In this document: piece by piece, positions 37,961 to 50,400 of the stretch | Numbering within the stretch: the stretch's first letter is position 1 | Layout of the letters: each line of letters begins with the position of its first letter | Source: Sphyrna mokarran | Taxonomy: Eukaryota | NCBI GenBank assembly: GCA_024679065.1 | Contig: JAGIQG010000004.1 | Span: forward strand, 32,550,001 to 32,614,000 | Length of the DNA stretch: 64,000 bases | Reading direction: 5' to 3' | Made by a program: the position numbers and the translations under genes | The notes under the pieces: generated by a model | The model's database searches: none | The model's input: the letters and a program-made list of their open reading frames with translations, nothing else | What the model was told of the DNA's origin: nothing

Positions 37961-38123
37961 GGTAAGAAGTCTGACAACACCAGGTTTGAATCCAACCAAT
38001 TTATTTGATAGTAAACTCGCAAGCTTTCGACTCTATGGCCTTCGTCAGGCGAATGAGGTGTTCTGGTCCCCAACAGCACACATACCAGCACAGATTGTTT
38101 ACAGATTACTGATCTCTACATCA
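37961..38123. mobile_element. Penelope terminal-repeat mini-insert with internal inversion
   Basis: 13-bp TSD TACCTACAAACTG (37948-37960 and 38124-38136); body homologous to 14565-14720; last 12 bp ATCTCTACATCA are the element terminus in the opposite orientation. Confidence 0.9.
38015..38054 (-). ncRNA. Minimal type-I hammerhead ribozyme (second copy)
   Basis: Minus strand ATTCGC-CTGACGA-A-GGC-CATAGA-GTC-GAAA-GCTT-GCGAGT; intact core, 6-bp stem I, short stem II. Confidence 0.7.
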
Positions 38124-39974
38124 TACCTACAAACTGCACATTGCAGTGACACCTTGCAGTTTCTGTGACATTTCCCATTGATGTGGGAGCCTACAGAGCC
38201 ACATGCATGCAGTTAATGGTGCGCTGTACCACCAGGAGTTGCACTCTATGGAAGAAGTACTGGCCTGTTGATCCTGCTTCTCTTTGGTAATGGTCTGACG
38301 AAATTACTGAGAGAACTTTGCTAACAGCAAGGTAGCATTTAACTAAATGTCAAAAAGTGAACCACAGACATGTCCCTGCCACAATGTAATATCCTCTCCC
38401 AATGCCCCAATTCTTTTATTATTTAGAAGGCTTCATCAATCCAATTGGCATCGATCTCCCAGACTGAGCATTTCATTATCACAGATTCTACTCGCAGCAG
38501 AATCCATGGACAGTGGCTTACGTTTTATTGCATTTTGCTGGTTATTTAAGGAGCATTTAATTGCTTTTCTTGAGATTTTGCAGTGACTACTGGAATCTGT
38601 TAGCTCCCAATGACTTTATTGCATCACTGTGTTGCAGAAGAGAAAACCTGTAGTCACATATAAAAAAAGTGTTTCCAGAACTGATATTATTCCTGACCAC
38701 AAGCGTCATCTCATTTTTTTTATATAAATTTAAATTGAAATGCATAAAAAGTAAAACAAAAATTCCATCACATAATCTTAGAAAAATATATTCATACTAT
38801 TGACTGAAAAGATTACTGAATAGATTTCAGAAATGTCTCATTGATAGATTATTTTTTCAGCCAGAGGTTATTATTATGTGAAATGCAGCAAAACCTCAGC
38901 TCAGTGCTGAATTGTTAGCTTGACTGCACGATCCAGCCCTCAATCCACAGCCATCTGACTTGAAAGTGAGTGCGTGGCTGACTGAGGCATACAGATACGT
39001 ACCACCATGCGATATCATCAGCTTCATAAACATGACCAACGCTGCAGACAAGAAGACAAGTACGTCAAAGGTTTTTTGGCCTGTACTTTCAATGAGAGTT
39101 GCAATTCAGCTCTACCATTCTGCCCACTGAACACTTAGTATTTGCTTTTACTGAAGATTTGTCAGAGAGGTATACGTGTTCTGTCGGGTTTGCTTTTTTG
39201 CACAATTGTCATTCTTTTTTGCTTAATAAGAGAGTAACGGAACAAAAGATACAATTAAAAGTGAATTGATTAAAATATCACACTTACTGAAACGCAAAAT
39301 TAAGTTTCATATTTTGCTTTCTCAAAGTGTGTAGTAGGCTTGGCCAAGCCAAATCAATATCCACAGAAGACAGAGAAGTCCATTATATATACAAGAGAGT
39401 CTCCTTTGCAAGGTCACTGAGAGTTGTTTATTTTAAGAAACAGCCTCTATTGTCACTTGTGCAGTCTATATTTTGCCACAGAATTGATCCTAATCACAGT
39501 GGTAACTGGCTGTCCCAGTGATATGCTACACATGCAACTTCTGAAGGGCATTTCCTCAAGATGTGAACATTTTGGGATCTGAGAGCTGTGAATCCCTTTC
39601 TCAAGGCTGCTAAAAAAGCTTTTCTCTTAGCTTCCTCAAAAGTTCAAGAGTAAAACTCTTTCTATGTCAATGGACTGAGCTACTGGGATTGCTGCTGAAG
39701 ATGTCGTTGACAATACCATACTGTCAGGAGATTGCAAACATAAATAACTGTTCATCAACTGACACAAACCACTTTCTAATGCAAATGGAAATCTGGAATA
39801 AAACGGAAAATGGAGGAATGGCTCAGAGCTGCTGGGTATTTCCAGCATTTTCCATTTTTATTCCAACCCCCAACTGCCTTGTGCAGAAAACAAATTGCTT
39901 TTCAGCACAGACCATGGTTATTATTTTCTACTTCCGGATTCACTAAATTGCAAATGTCCACATGTTAAGATAAA

Positions 39975-41140
39975 TGAGTGGAAAGTCATGGGCTGCCAAG
40001 CACAGAAGCAGGTACTAAAGGAACTGGCTATGGAAGTGTGGATACATTGGCTATCGTCTTCCAACATTCTGTAAATTCCGAAACAGTCCTGGCATATTGG
40101 AGGACAGCAAATGTAACCTCAGTATTTAAAAACGGAAGAAGGGAGGAAAAAAAACCACAGGTAAATACAGATCGGTTGGCCTGTCATCAGTAGTAGGGAA
40201 AATACTAGAATCCATTATAAAGGAGGCAATAACATTACCCTTAGAAAACATCAACAGAATTAGACAAAGTCAAGTGGCAGTCAAGTCATTAGGCAGTCAA
40301 GTGGATAAAGTTGTTAAGAAGGCTTATGGAGTCTTAGCTTTTATTGGTAGGGGGATTGAATTTAGGAGCCGCAGCATCATGTTGCAGCTGTACAAAACTC
40401 TAGTGCGGCCGCACTTGGAGTATTGTGTGCAGTTCTGGTCGCCACATTATAAGAAAGATGTGGAGGCATTGGAGAGGGTACAGAGGAGGTTTACCAGGAT
40501 GTTGCCTGGTATGGAGGGCAGGTCCTATGAAGAGAGGTTGAAGGATTTGAGGTTGTTTTCGTTAGAAAGGAGGCGGCTAAGAGGGGATCTTATTGAAGCA
40601 TATAAGATGATTAGAGGTTTAGATAGGGTGGACAGTGATAGCTTTTTCCTAGGATGGAGAAAGCTAGCACGAGGGGACACAGCTTTAAATTAAGGGGTAT
40701 GAGTTATAGGACGGATATCAGAGGTAGGTTCTTTACTCAAAGAGTGATTAGGGAGTGGAATGCCCTGCCTGCAGCTGTTGTAGATGCGCCAAGTTTGGTG
40801 GCGTTTAAGAGGTTAGTTGATAAGTATATGGAAGAGAAGGGAATGGTTTAGTTAGGAGGGGCATTGCTTTTTATTTTGGTCGGCACAACATCGAAGGCCG
40901 AAGGGCCTGTTCTGTGCTGTATTGTTCTATGTTCTATGTTCTATGTTCTATGTCAACATGGATTTATGAAAGGGAAACCATCTTTGACATACCTACTGGA
41001 GTTTTTTAAGGTGTAACTAGTAGAATAGATAAGAGTGGATGTGATGTATTTGAATTTTCAGAACGCTTTTAAATGAGGCCCCACATTGGTTAATGTTCAA
41101 AATTAAAGCACATGTGATTGGGGTAATACGTTGGCATCGA
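39975..41140 (+). mobile_element. Old CR1 RT fragment, split by a young CR1
   Basis: WRTANVTSVFK...SVVGKILESIIK...IRQSQ | HGFMKGK...VDVMYLNF. Confidence 0.8.
40274..40952 (+). mobile_element. Young CR1 3' fragment
   Basis: ORF2 C-terminus (ORFs 40274-40693 and 40654-40851, 1-nt frameshift near 40642), (TTCTATG)4 tail, GTCAA target duplication. Confidence 0.95.
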
Positions 41141-41144
41141 TGGC

Positions 41145-41720
41145 TTTGAGGAACTCCTGCAGTGATATCCTGGGGCCAAGACGGTTGGCCTCCAACAACC
41201 ACAATCATCTTCCTTGCAAAATATGACTCCAGCCAGTGAAGAATTTTCCCCTTGATTCCGAATTGACTTAAATTTTTCTAGGTCTCCTTGATACTACATC
41301 TTGATTTTAAGAATGGTCATTCTAACTTGAGGCCAGTTCTTCCTTGTTTCGACCGAGGAGGTCAGAAGTTAAATGACTGGCAGAACCCAAACTAAGCATC
41401 TGCGAGCAGGTTATTGCTGTGTTATTGCCATTTGATAGCACTGTCTTCAACACCTTCCATCATCTTGCTGATGAATAAGAGCAGGCTGGTGTATGATAAT
41501 TAGACTGATTGGATTTCTCCTGCATTTTGTGGACAAGATATAGCTGGACAATTTTCCATATTCCAGGGGTATACAAGGTCATGAGATTACAGATTATGGA
41601 TAGGCACAATTCTGCTGCTGATAATAATCCATTGTCTCTCCTGGTTATCTAGCCTTGAGGTGGTAGATCTGTTTTGAATCTACTCCATTTTAGAACAGGG
41701 CTATACTGTATGTGGTCACA
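41145..41720 (-). mobile_element. Decayed CR1/L2-group LINE RT fragments
   Basis: Minus strand VVVGGQ.S..QDITAGVPQ; PISLII...SKMMEGVEDSAIK; a related plus-strand piece lies at 43250-43450. Confidence 0.6.
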
Positions 41721-41949
41721 CAACACAATTTACAGTATTCTCAATGTGAAGTCAGAGCTTCTTCTCCACAAGGATTTGTGGTGGTCACTTCATGGATAAA
41801 TGGTAAACACAAACTACTCTGTGTTAAATGGACATCAGCTGAGAACAAAGGTAACCACCAGCTGCACCAAGAGCATCAGGATCTGTACCTTTAGCAAAGA
41901 GATGCAGTTTATTGGAAGCCACACCAACTATACAGTGAAGTTTCCTCAA

Positions 41950-43080
41950 CACACTTGAAGACCACAGTGTCAGGAAGCTCAGTGTACCATTGCAGACAGT
42001 GGCAGAGATTTGCAGTTCTGCTGGAATAAGACCTGCTGCCAAGTGGACCTAGCGGTCATGCTTTATCAGTGGATATCAAAGAACCTCCTGGCATTTTTCC
42101 AGGGCTCTGCCAGTAACATTTGCTGGATTTTACAGCCTTTCATAGACAACTCTTTGGCAGAAGCAGCAATGATGCAAATATTTTCTGCAATGCCAAAGTT
42201 AGAATGAACCCGCTTAGGCTGCTTTCATGGTGCAGGATGTCACTAACTGCACATACAGGGCAATTAAATCAGTCAGGAGTGTTTATCAACTACATGAACC
42301 TCCATCAGTGTGTAACTGGTGTACAACCAGAACAACATCTTTCTGCAAGTATCTTCAGGATTCTTGCATAACTACAATAAGTTTTTATCCAGCAGCAACC
42401 CACTCTCCCCAGAATGTCTGTGCAAGGAGGCAGAGCTATCAGCCGCTAAGAAACAAAGGCTTGCCACTTAAAGCATAGCTAGTGATAATGAGCAGCATGG
42501 TAGCCCAGTGGTTAGCACTGCTGTCTCACAGTGTCAGGGACCCATGTTCAATTCCAGTTTTGGGTCACTGTTTCTGAGGAGTTTGTACATTCTTCCCGTG
42601 TCTGTGGGAGTTCCCTTTGAGTGCTCTGGTTTCTTCCCACGATCCAAAGATGTACGGGTTAGGTTGATTGGCCATGCTAAATTAACCCTAGTGTAAGGAG
42701 ATTAGCAGGGTAAATATGAGATGCTACAGGAATAGGGCCTGGATGGGATTGTAGTCAGTGCAGACTCAATGGGCCGATTGGCCTCCTTCTGTACTGAAGG
42801 AATTCTATGACTCTCAGGAAAACTGAGGAATGAGATCCAGGAGAGTGAACGCTGTGTGACCACCATGTGTTATCAAACAAATGGTTCATGTGAACAGATC
42901 TGAAAATGTCCTCCAGAGTCTCCAGAATGATTATGGTGTGCCGCTCTCTGCACAGCTTTGCGAGTGGAACAAGACGCCTCTTCAAGCAATTCTGAGGAAG
43001 AGGAAGCTGATGCTGCCAACACATTACTGTCTGAGATACCCTCACTTCTGTGAGGTTCATTCAGGTTCCACTAATTCACA
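41950..43080 (+). pseudogene. Highly decayed Harbinger transposase remnant (SINE nested at 42490-42810)
   Basis: NCTYRAIK..VFINY..LVYNQNNIFLQV; later MIMVCRSLHSFA and an acidic tail. Confidence 0.5.
42490..42810 (+). mobile_element. V-SINE type A
   Basis: Head, V-domain and GGAATTCTATGA tail. Confidence 0.9.
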
Positions 43081-44170
43081 CATCTGACAGCCACATGCAT
43101 TTTCCCTATCACCTACCACACTGCTCCGCAAATATCACCAACACAAAACAGTCCTGCATCCATGCACTCCAGAACTTGCTGCACCCCTAGACAAGCTGTA
43201 CCAGTATAGTTACAACATCTACCCTACTATGTGAAAATTGCGCAGATATGCCCTGTCCACAAAATGAAGGACAAATCCAATCAGATCAATTATTGTCCAT
43301 CAGTTTACTCTCGAATATCGGCAAGGTGATGGAAAATGCTGGAGACAGTGCTATCAAATGGCAACTAAACATCAATAACCTGTTCACAGTTGCTCATTTT
43401 GAAGTTTGCCCAGCACTTGGCTCCTGACCTTATTAAAGCTTTGCTTCAAACAACTATCTGTCTAAATGATCCCATTAAAGGGTGAGTATCTGACATGGTG
43501 CATGGATCACGTGTGTCCTTTGACAGGAGAAGCTCAGGAGGGCTCATCTCCTCTGCAGTAAGATGCAGCCAGTGGGCCACTTCATGTAGAAAGCTATGTG
43601 GGAGTTTTATTTTGAATCGAGATTAGAAAACCTGTCATTATTATGCACAGGCCCATATTTCACTTTGTGCTGACATCAAATCAATAAGACTGAATGTTTT
43701 ACACCATATGGTTGTCTGGTATTTAAATCTGTCACCAGGTAGCTGGGATACTCCCAGCTCTATGCACACAGAGAGCCAACTGTCTTTCACATCCTTGTCC
43801 ACACTTGTTAGCTATAAAATTCATGGAAAGGAACCTCTGATTCTTTGTCTTCCTTGATGTTCAATGCTCGCATCACCTATAAGGGAGCAAAGGAGAGGTT
43901 TCTAAATGGAAGTTATGGGCAGCATGGTGACACAGTGGTTAGCATTGCTGCCTCACAGCACCAGAGACCCAGGTTCAATTTTAGCCTTGAGTGACTGTGT
44001 GGACTTTGTACATTCTCTCCGTGTCTGCGTGGGTTTCCTCCAGATGCTCTGGTTTCCTCCCACAGTCCAAAGATGTGCAGGTTATTTAGATTGGCCATGC
44101 TATCTTGCCCCTTAGTGTCCAAAGATGTGTAGATTAGATGAGTTAGTGGAGTAAATAACTCCACTAGTTG

Positions 44171-46752
44171 GTGGAGTAAACAGGAGAGGAGAGGTCACCC
44201 TGTTGGGAGTCTTTTATAGACCTCCTAAAAGTTCTAGAGAGGTAGAGGAAAGGATTGCAAAGTCGATCCTGGACAGGAGTGAAAGTAATAGGGTAATTGT
44301 TATGGGGGACTTTAACTTTACTAATATTGATTGGAATAGCTATAGCTCTAGCTCGTTAGAGGGGTCAGTTTTTGTACAAAGTGTGCAGGAAGGTTTTTTG
44401 ACTCAGTATGTAGATAGGCCAACTAGAGGTGAGGCTACATTGGATTTGGTGCTGGGCAATGAGCCAGACCAGGTGTTAGGCTTGGAAGTTGGTGAACATT
44501 TTGGTGATAGTGACCACAATTCGGTTACGTTCACCTTAGTGATGGATAGGGATAGGCATGAAGCTGGGGGCAGTAGTTATAGCTGGGGGAAGGGTAATTA
44601 TGAGGCCATAAGGAGAGAATTAGGGTGCATAGGTTGGACTAGGAAACTACAGGGACTGGGAACATCTGAAATGTGGAGCTTATTCAAGGAGCAGCTACTG
44701 CGAGTCCTTGATAAGTATGTCCCTGTCAGGCAAGGAGGAAATGGTCGAGTAAGGGAACCATGGTGTACTAAAAAAGTTAATTCGCTGGTTAAAAGGAAAA
44801 AGGAGGCTTATGTCAGGATGAGGCTTGAAGGCTCAGTTAGTGCAATGGATAGCTATAGATTAGCCAGGAGGGAGCTAAAGAGTGAGTTGAGGAGAGCTAA
44901 AAGGGGACACGAGAAGACTTTGGCTGATAGGATCAAGGAGAATCCTAAAGCTTTCTTTAGATATGTTAAGAATAGAAGATTGGTTAGGGCAAGATTAGGG
45001 CCAGTCAGAGACAGCAGTGGGAAGTTGTGCGTGGAGCCTGAAGAGATTGGAGAGGCACTGAACAAATATTTCTCTTCGGTATTCACGCAGGGAGATGTAA
45101 ATGTAGTTGTGGAGAACACTGGGATACAGGGTTGCAAACTGGAAAGTATTGAAGTAGATAAGGAGGATGTGCTAGATATTCTTGAGGGTTTGAAGTTAGA
45201 TAAGTCCCCTGGGCCGGACGGGATTTACCCTAGGATTCTCTGGGAGACGAGAGAGGCGATTGCAGAGCCTCTGGCTCTGATCTTCAGGTCGTCGTTGGTT
45301 ACGGGTATAGTGCCGGAAGACTGGAGGATAGCGAATGTGGTCCCATTGTTCAAGAAGGGGAAGAGAGCCTTCCAGGGAATTATAGGCCGTGAGTCTTACT
45401 TCTGTTGTGGGCAAAGTATTGGAGAGAATTATTAGGGATAGGATTTATAGTTATTTAGAGAGAAATGAATTGATTGGGGATAGTCAGCATGGTTTTGTGA
45501 AGGGTAGGTCGTGCCTTACTAACCTTATTGATTTTTTTGAAAAAGTGACCAAAGAGGTGGATGGGGGTAAGGCAGTTGATGTGGTATATATGGACTTTAG
45601 TAAGGCGTTCGATAAGGTGGCCCAGGGAAGGCTTCTGCAGAAAATGCAGATGTATGGGATAGAGGGTGATTTAGCTAATTGGATTAGGAATTGGCTAGCA
45701 GATAGAAGACAGGAGGTGGTGGTTGATGGGAGATATTCATCGTGGAGTTCGGTTACTAATGGTGTACCTCAGGGATCTGTTTTGGGGCCCCTGCTGTTTG
45801 TAATTTTTATAAATGATCTGGATGAGGGTATTGAAGGATGGATTAGTAAATTTGCGTATGACACCAAAGTCGGTGGAGTGGTAGATAGTGAAGAGGGGTG
45901 TTATAGTTTGCAGAGAGACTTGGACAAGTTGCAGAGCTGGGCCGAGAGGTGGCAGATGGAGTTTAATGCGGAAAAGTGTGAGGTAATTCACTTTGGCAGG
46001 AATAACAAATGTGTAGAGTATAGGGCTAATGGTAGGACTCTTAATAGTGTGGAAGAACAGAGGGATCTTGGTGCATATGTGCATAGATCCCTGAAAGTTG
46101 GCAATCAAGTCAATAAGGTTGTTAAGAAGGCATACGGAGTCTTAGCTTTTATTGGTAGGTGGATTGAATTTCGGAGCCGCAACGTCATGTTGCAACTGTA
46201 CAAAACTCTAGTGTGGACGCACTTGGAGTATTGTGTACAGTTCTGGTCCCTGCATTATAAGAAAGATGTGGAGGCATTGGAGAGGGTACAGAGGAGGTTT
46301 ACCAGGATGTTGCCTGGTATGGAGGGCAGGTCTTATGAGGAGAGGCTGAGGGATTTGAGGTTGTTTTCGTTAGAAAGAAGGCGGCTAAGAGGAGACCTTA
46401 TTGAAACATATAAGATGATTAGAGGTTTAGATAGGGTGGACAGTGATAGCCTTTTTCCTAGGATGGAGAAAGCAAGCACGAGGGGACATAGCTTTAAATT
46501 AAGGGGTGGTGGTTTTAGGACAGATGTCAGAAGTAGGTTCTTTACCCAGAGGGTGGTAAGGGTATGGAATGCCCTGCCTGTGTCAGTTGTAGATGTGCCA
46601 AGTTTGGTGGCGTTTAAGAGGTTAGTAGATAAATTTATGGATGAAAAGGGAATGGTCTAGGTTAGAGGGTCACTGCTTGTTCCTAATTGGTCGGCGCAAC
46701 ATCGAGGGCCAAAGGACCTGCTCTGCGCTGTGATGTTCTATGTTCTATGTTC
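44171..46752 (+). mobile_element. CR1 (HER1-like) LINE, 2.6 kb, 5'-truncated within the endonuclease
   Basis: ORF2 plus 3' UTR plus (TTCTATG)n tail. Confidence 0.97.
44203..46660 (+). pseudogene. CR1 ORF2 (APE endonuclease C-terminus + reverse transcriptase), disabled
   Basis: YRPP, GDFN, LDL, SDH (APE); KSPGPDGI, QHGF, DFSKAFDKV, GVPQGSVLGP; two 1-nt deletions at about 45367-45389; catalytic FADD reads FAYD at 45851-45862. Confidence 0.93.
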
Positions 46753-47184
46753 TAAATATGTGGGGTTATGACAATAGGGCCTGGGCCTGTAGGAGTCAAT
46801 GCAGACTTAATGGATCAAAAGGCCTCTTTCTGCACTTTAAGGATTCTATGATGGCATATTTTCAACAAATGGATAGAATACATACAGTGAGATTGACTGT
46901 AAGAGAGGCATAGAAAAAGAAAGTGGAATAGTGGCAGTGGTGGGTGGTAAAATGGGCTTGTGAAGAACTACATAGACACAGAGAGATAAGTGTAACTGAA
47001 AGATAAATTGATATGTATATCAATCTGCATGTGAATGACCATTGAGCTCACCTTTCATTGCTTATTTGGGTAATTATCAGGCCACCATATTGCATCCAGA
47101 AAGCACCTAGATTCTGCTGCTGACCACCTCCTCCTAGTTCCAACCACTCCCTCTTGGTGTCCCTGGCTTTTTCTCCCCCATCAT

Positions 47185-47408
47185 CATAGAACATAGAACA
47201 TAGAACATAGAACAATACAGCACAGAACAGGCCCTTCGGCCTTCGATGTTGTGCCGACCAAAATAAAAAGCAATGCCCCTCCTAACTAAACCATTCCCTT
47301 CTCATCCATATACTTATCAACTAACCTCTTAAACGCCACCAAACTTGGCGCATCTACAACAGCTGCAGGCAGGGCATTCCACTCCCTAATCACTCTTTGA
47401 GTAAAGAA
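47185..47408 (-). mobile_element. Young CR1 3' end (224 bp)
   Basis: (CATAGAA)4 then reverse complement of 40729-40952, with one mismatch by eye. Confidence 0.95.
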
Positions 47409-50400
47409 TCAGGTAGTCATGTGTCCCTTTAGATCATCACCAGACTAGTCACATATCCAGGGAAGGATCACTGAACTGAACCTTCCCAATTCCATTCTCC
47501 CCTTCTCCTCTTGACTCCCTACTCCAAACTCCTCCACATTGCATGTTTAATATCCCTTTAAATGCTGGAGTTGAAAACATATTATGCAAGTCATCATCCT
47601 GCCTGCCAATGCTAATTGACCAGAAAACTTGGAAATGCAGAGATTGAGTTGAAATGCCATTCACAGACTCACTGTACTGACTTCTGGGTTTCCTGTGCAC
47701 TGCCGGCACCCCTACCCCACACCACTCCCACATATAAACACATTAATGTCCAGCCTTTGGTGATTTGGCTCATGGGCATTCCCTTGTGTTGTAATTTCTT
47801 TTTGCCACACTTCAATGCACATATTACCTGCACAAAAGTACTTTCTGATATATTCTGTCACATTGACTAAACTTCTGCAAACATCAGGTTTATTGTATTT
47901 ATACATTGGGTGAAACATTAAATAATGGTTCCATGGAACTATTAGAAGAACAACAGGGACATTTTCAGCAATCTGGACAATATTGCTCAATTAACTAACA
48001 AAACCTAATGATAAATAATTTACTAGATCATTCAGCTCTGAATCCGATGCAGTCTTATACTGAGCATAATTGCTGAGATTGCCAATATCAGTCACTGAAC
48101 TTTAAAACATTTGCTGCATGTATTTCACTGTCACACATTTCTAGTATATGCACATACTGCACTATATACATTCAGGTGTAAATTCAACAATAGCTTTCCA
48201 TCATCTTGATACATGTTCTGTACTGCAGCTTTGTAGTCAGATCCTTGTCTTAAACTTTGGCCTGTAGTTAATGCAACTTGGCAGCAGTTGACACAGAATT
48301 CAAATTTTTTCTGTCCCATATTTCCAACATAGTGAAGGTGGTCATCTTGCCACCTCAAACATGACCTGCTATTTCTCCAAAAAGAATTTTAACAGTGGCA
48401 TGGTAAACATGTTGAAAAATGCTTCTTTCACCTCACCCCATAAATGCAATGTCTCAAATCTAGCTGTTCAAAAATCAGAGTTGCATGAAAACCAGACACT
48501 TTTATAATCTTCCATGCATCAATTTAATTGTGTAATTTAAAAAAAACACTTATCTGGATATTTTGGCATGAAGCTACATTGGCACAGTATGGCTCCAGAC
48601 TAGTTATCCATTTTGCACGCTGCTCTATCCTGTGTTCCAAATGACTTTTGACCCCACCTGACCCCAGCTTGACCCAAACTGCCCAAAAAATTGCCTGCCT
48701 CGAAACCTGGCAATCCAAAATCAGGGACACCCTCAGTCATGAGTGTACCAGATACAAGGCACTCCGTCTATCTATAACTCAAATATGGTAGAATCTTTGC
48801 AATGGGATTATCAAACTTCTCATTGTTTATGCCAATCAGATGATTTGTAAAAGTAGACATATGATTAAAGCAGAAATATGATTGTCTATATTTTCTCATT
48901 CCCAATAATAAAGGCACATTCAAGAAATTTTAGATTTGAAGGCTGCACTTTTTCGTTATTTTACGTCCCTTTAGTAAAAAGGAAATAATTATGGCTTTTA
49001 TGCAATCATAAAGGAAATTTTCAAGAAAAATGATTCAAAGAAATTTTACATCATTATTGTTTGCTTAATTTCAATATTTTTGATTTCTTCCCAGCAGAGC
49101 AATGAAAAATAAACCAAATAGTGGGATTAGGCTACCTCGAATTTTAAAGCTATTTAGGAGATAGATAGATGCTGGTTAATTCTCATCGTTTATGTCCCTG
49201 AGCAATAATGCATGATTTAGTGCTTTCTCACAAGCTCATTTACCCCTAGCATTAGGTTAAACCATCCAATGAAAGTCTGGATGTAATCAAGCAAATTAAA
49301 CAGCTTAACAACTGGAAATTAAACACTTGACCTTTCTCAAGGACTCCGACTTGCATTCTACACTGTAAAAACTGAGGCAAAATGCAAAAAAGCCCACAGT
49401 TCAGAAACCTTGAATTTCTTAGAAATGAAAGAATTCAGTGGAAAGGAAATAATTCTTTCCTTTTCTGCAAAAGAACAAATATATTAATCAGGTGTTGAAA
49501 TGCTATAGTTAAAGTTGCCATCAAGGAAACTTCTGAAAATCCAGAGCTCTTCAGTGACCTATTGGTCATACCTTAAGAAGGCTGACAGACTGAAAATCAC
49601 GTTAAATACAGAGCAGATCTGTGGGAATAAACAGCCATACTTTAACCGTTCAAGATTCAAAGGGCAGCATATCCATTAAATCTTCCAACGCCGGTAAATT
49701 GTTTCTCCACTTTATGTGTAATCACTAAACTCGTGTAACATAAACCTGTAATCTGTGAATACCACAAATACATCATCTAAAACAACACATAACCTGGGAT
49801 GTGGTGCAAGGCATCTGGGATATTCAGTTTTAGCTTAACTTTGGATTCTTTGATTTGTTTATTGGTTGAAAGCTAGGTGCAATAAAGAATTACCTTCCTA
49901 TTTAACATGATATGTTATTTTAACCAACCTATCAAATTGGAAAGTGGCAAGATCGGACACAATGTTGGTTTTACTCACTATCTATTGAGTAATAATGCAT
50001 GCTAAATTCACAGCCCACCTGATCCTGGCTGCTTCCAGTTTGCAAGTTAGGCTAAAATTGCCTCAGTGTTGGTTGATCACTCTTCATGACAACCATGATT
50101 TTATGCATTAAGCAGGTGGTTTTACAGCCTGATCACCTTCGAGCTGCTCCCCCTTTAACTGCACTGCCATTTATCTGGGCTGCTGGGGACCAGGCCTGAT
50201 ACACACTGGCTCATCTGCACCAATGGAGGAATTTTCCTAGGCCAAAAAGTAACAGGACTTGAACCCAAGGCCTTTCAGCTCTGAGGCAGGAACACTGCCA
50301 AGTGTCAAGTGTCTCCCATGGGCTTCCCTCTGGTCTCCTCAATTATTTTCGAATATGGTCCCCATTCCCCCCCGCCTCTCATTCCACCCCCCCCCACCCC

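Larger units (their letters stand above)
37130..38520 (-). pseudogene. Harbinger DDE transposase remnant, interrupted by a SINE and a Penelope mini-insert
   Basis: Minus strand PGVQRTINCMHVAL*AP...HCNVQFVGNH...DAFIL...FIVVCCILHN, matching Harbinger/HARBI1 DCTHV, NVQLVCD, HDAFIL and CCVLHN motifs. Confidence 0.8.
43917..46852 (+). mobile_element. V-SINE type A split into 43917-44157 and 46753-46852 by a CR1 insertion
   Basis: SINE resumes at TAAATATGTGGGGTTA after the CR1 tail; TAAATA duplicated at 44152-44157 and 46753-46758. Confidence 0.85.

Noticed and set aside
44203-46660. Active CR1 or programmed frameshift between the two ORFs
   Set aside because: 5'-truncated, two separate 1-nt deletions, and catalytic DD changed to YD; sequencing error is not excluded but activity is unsupported
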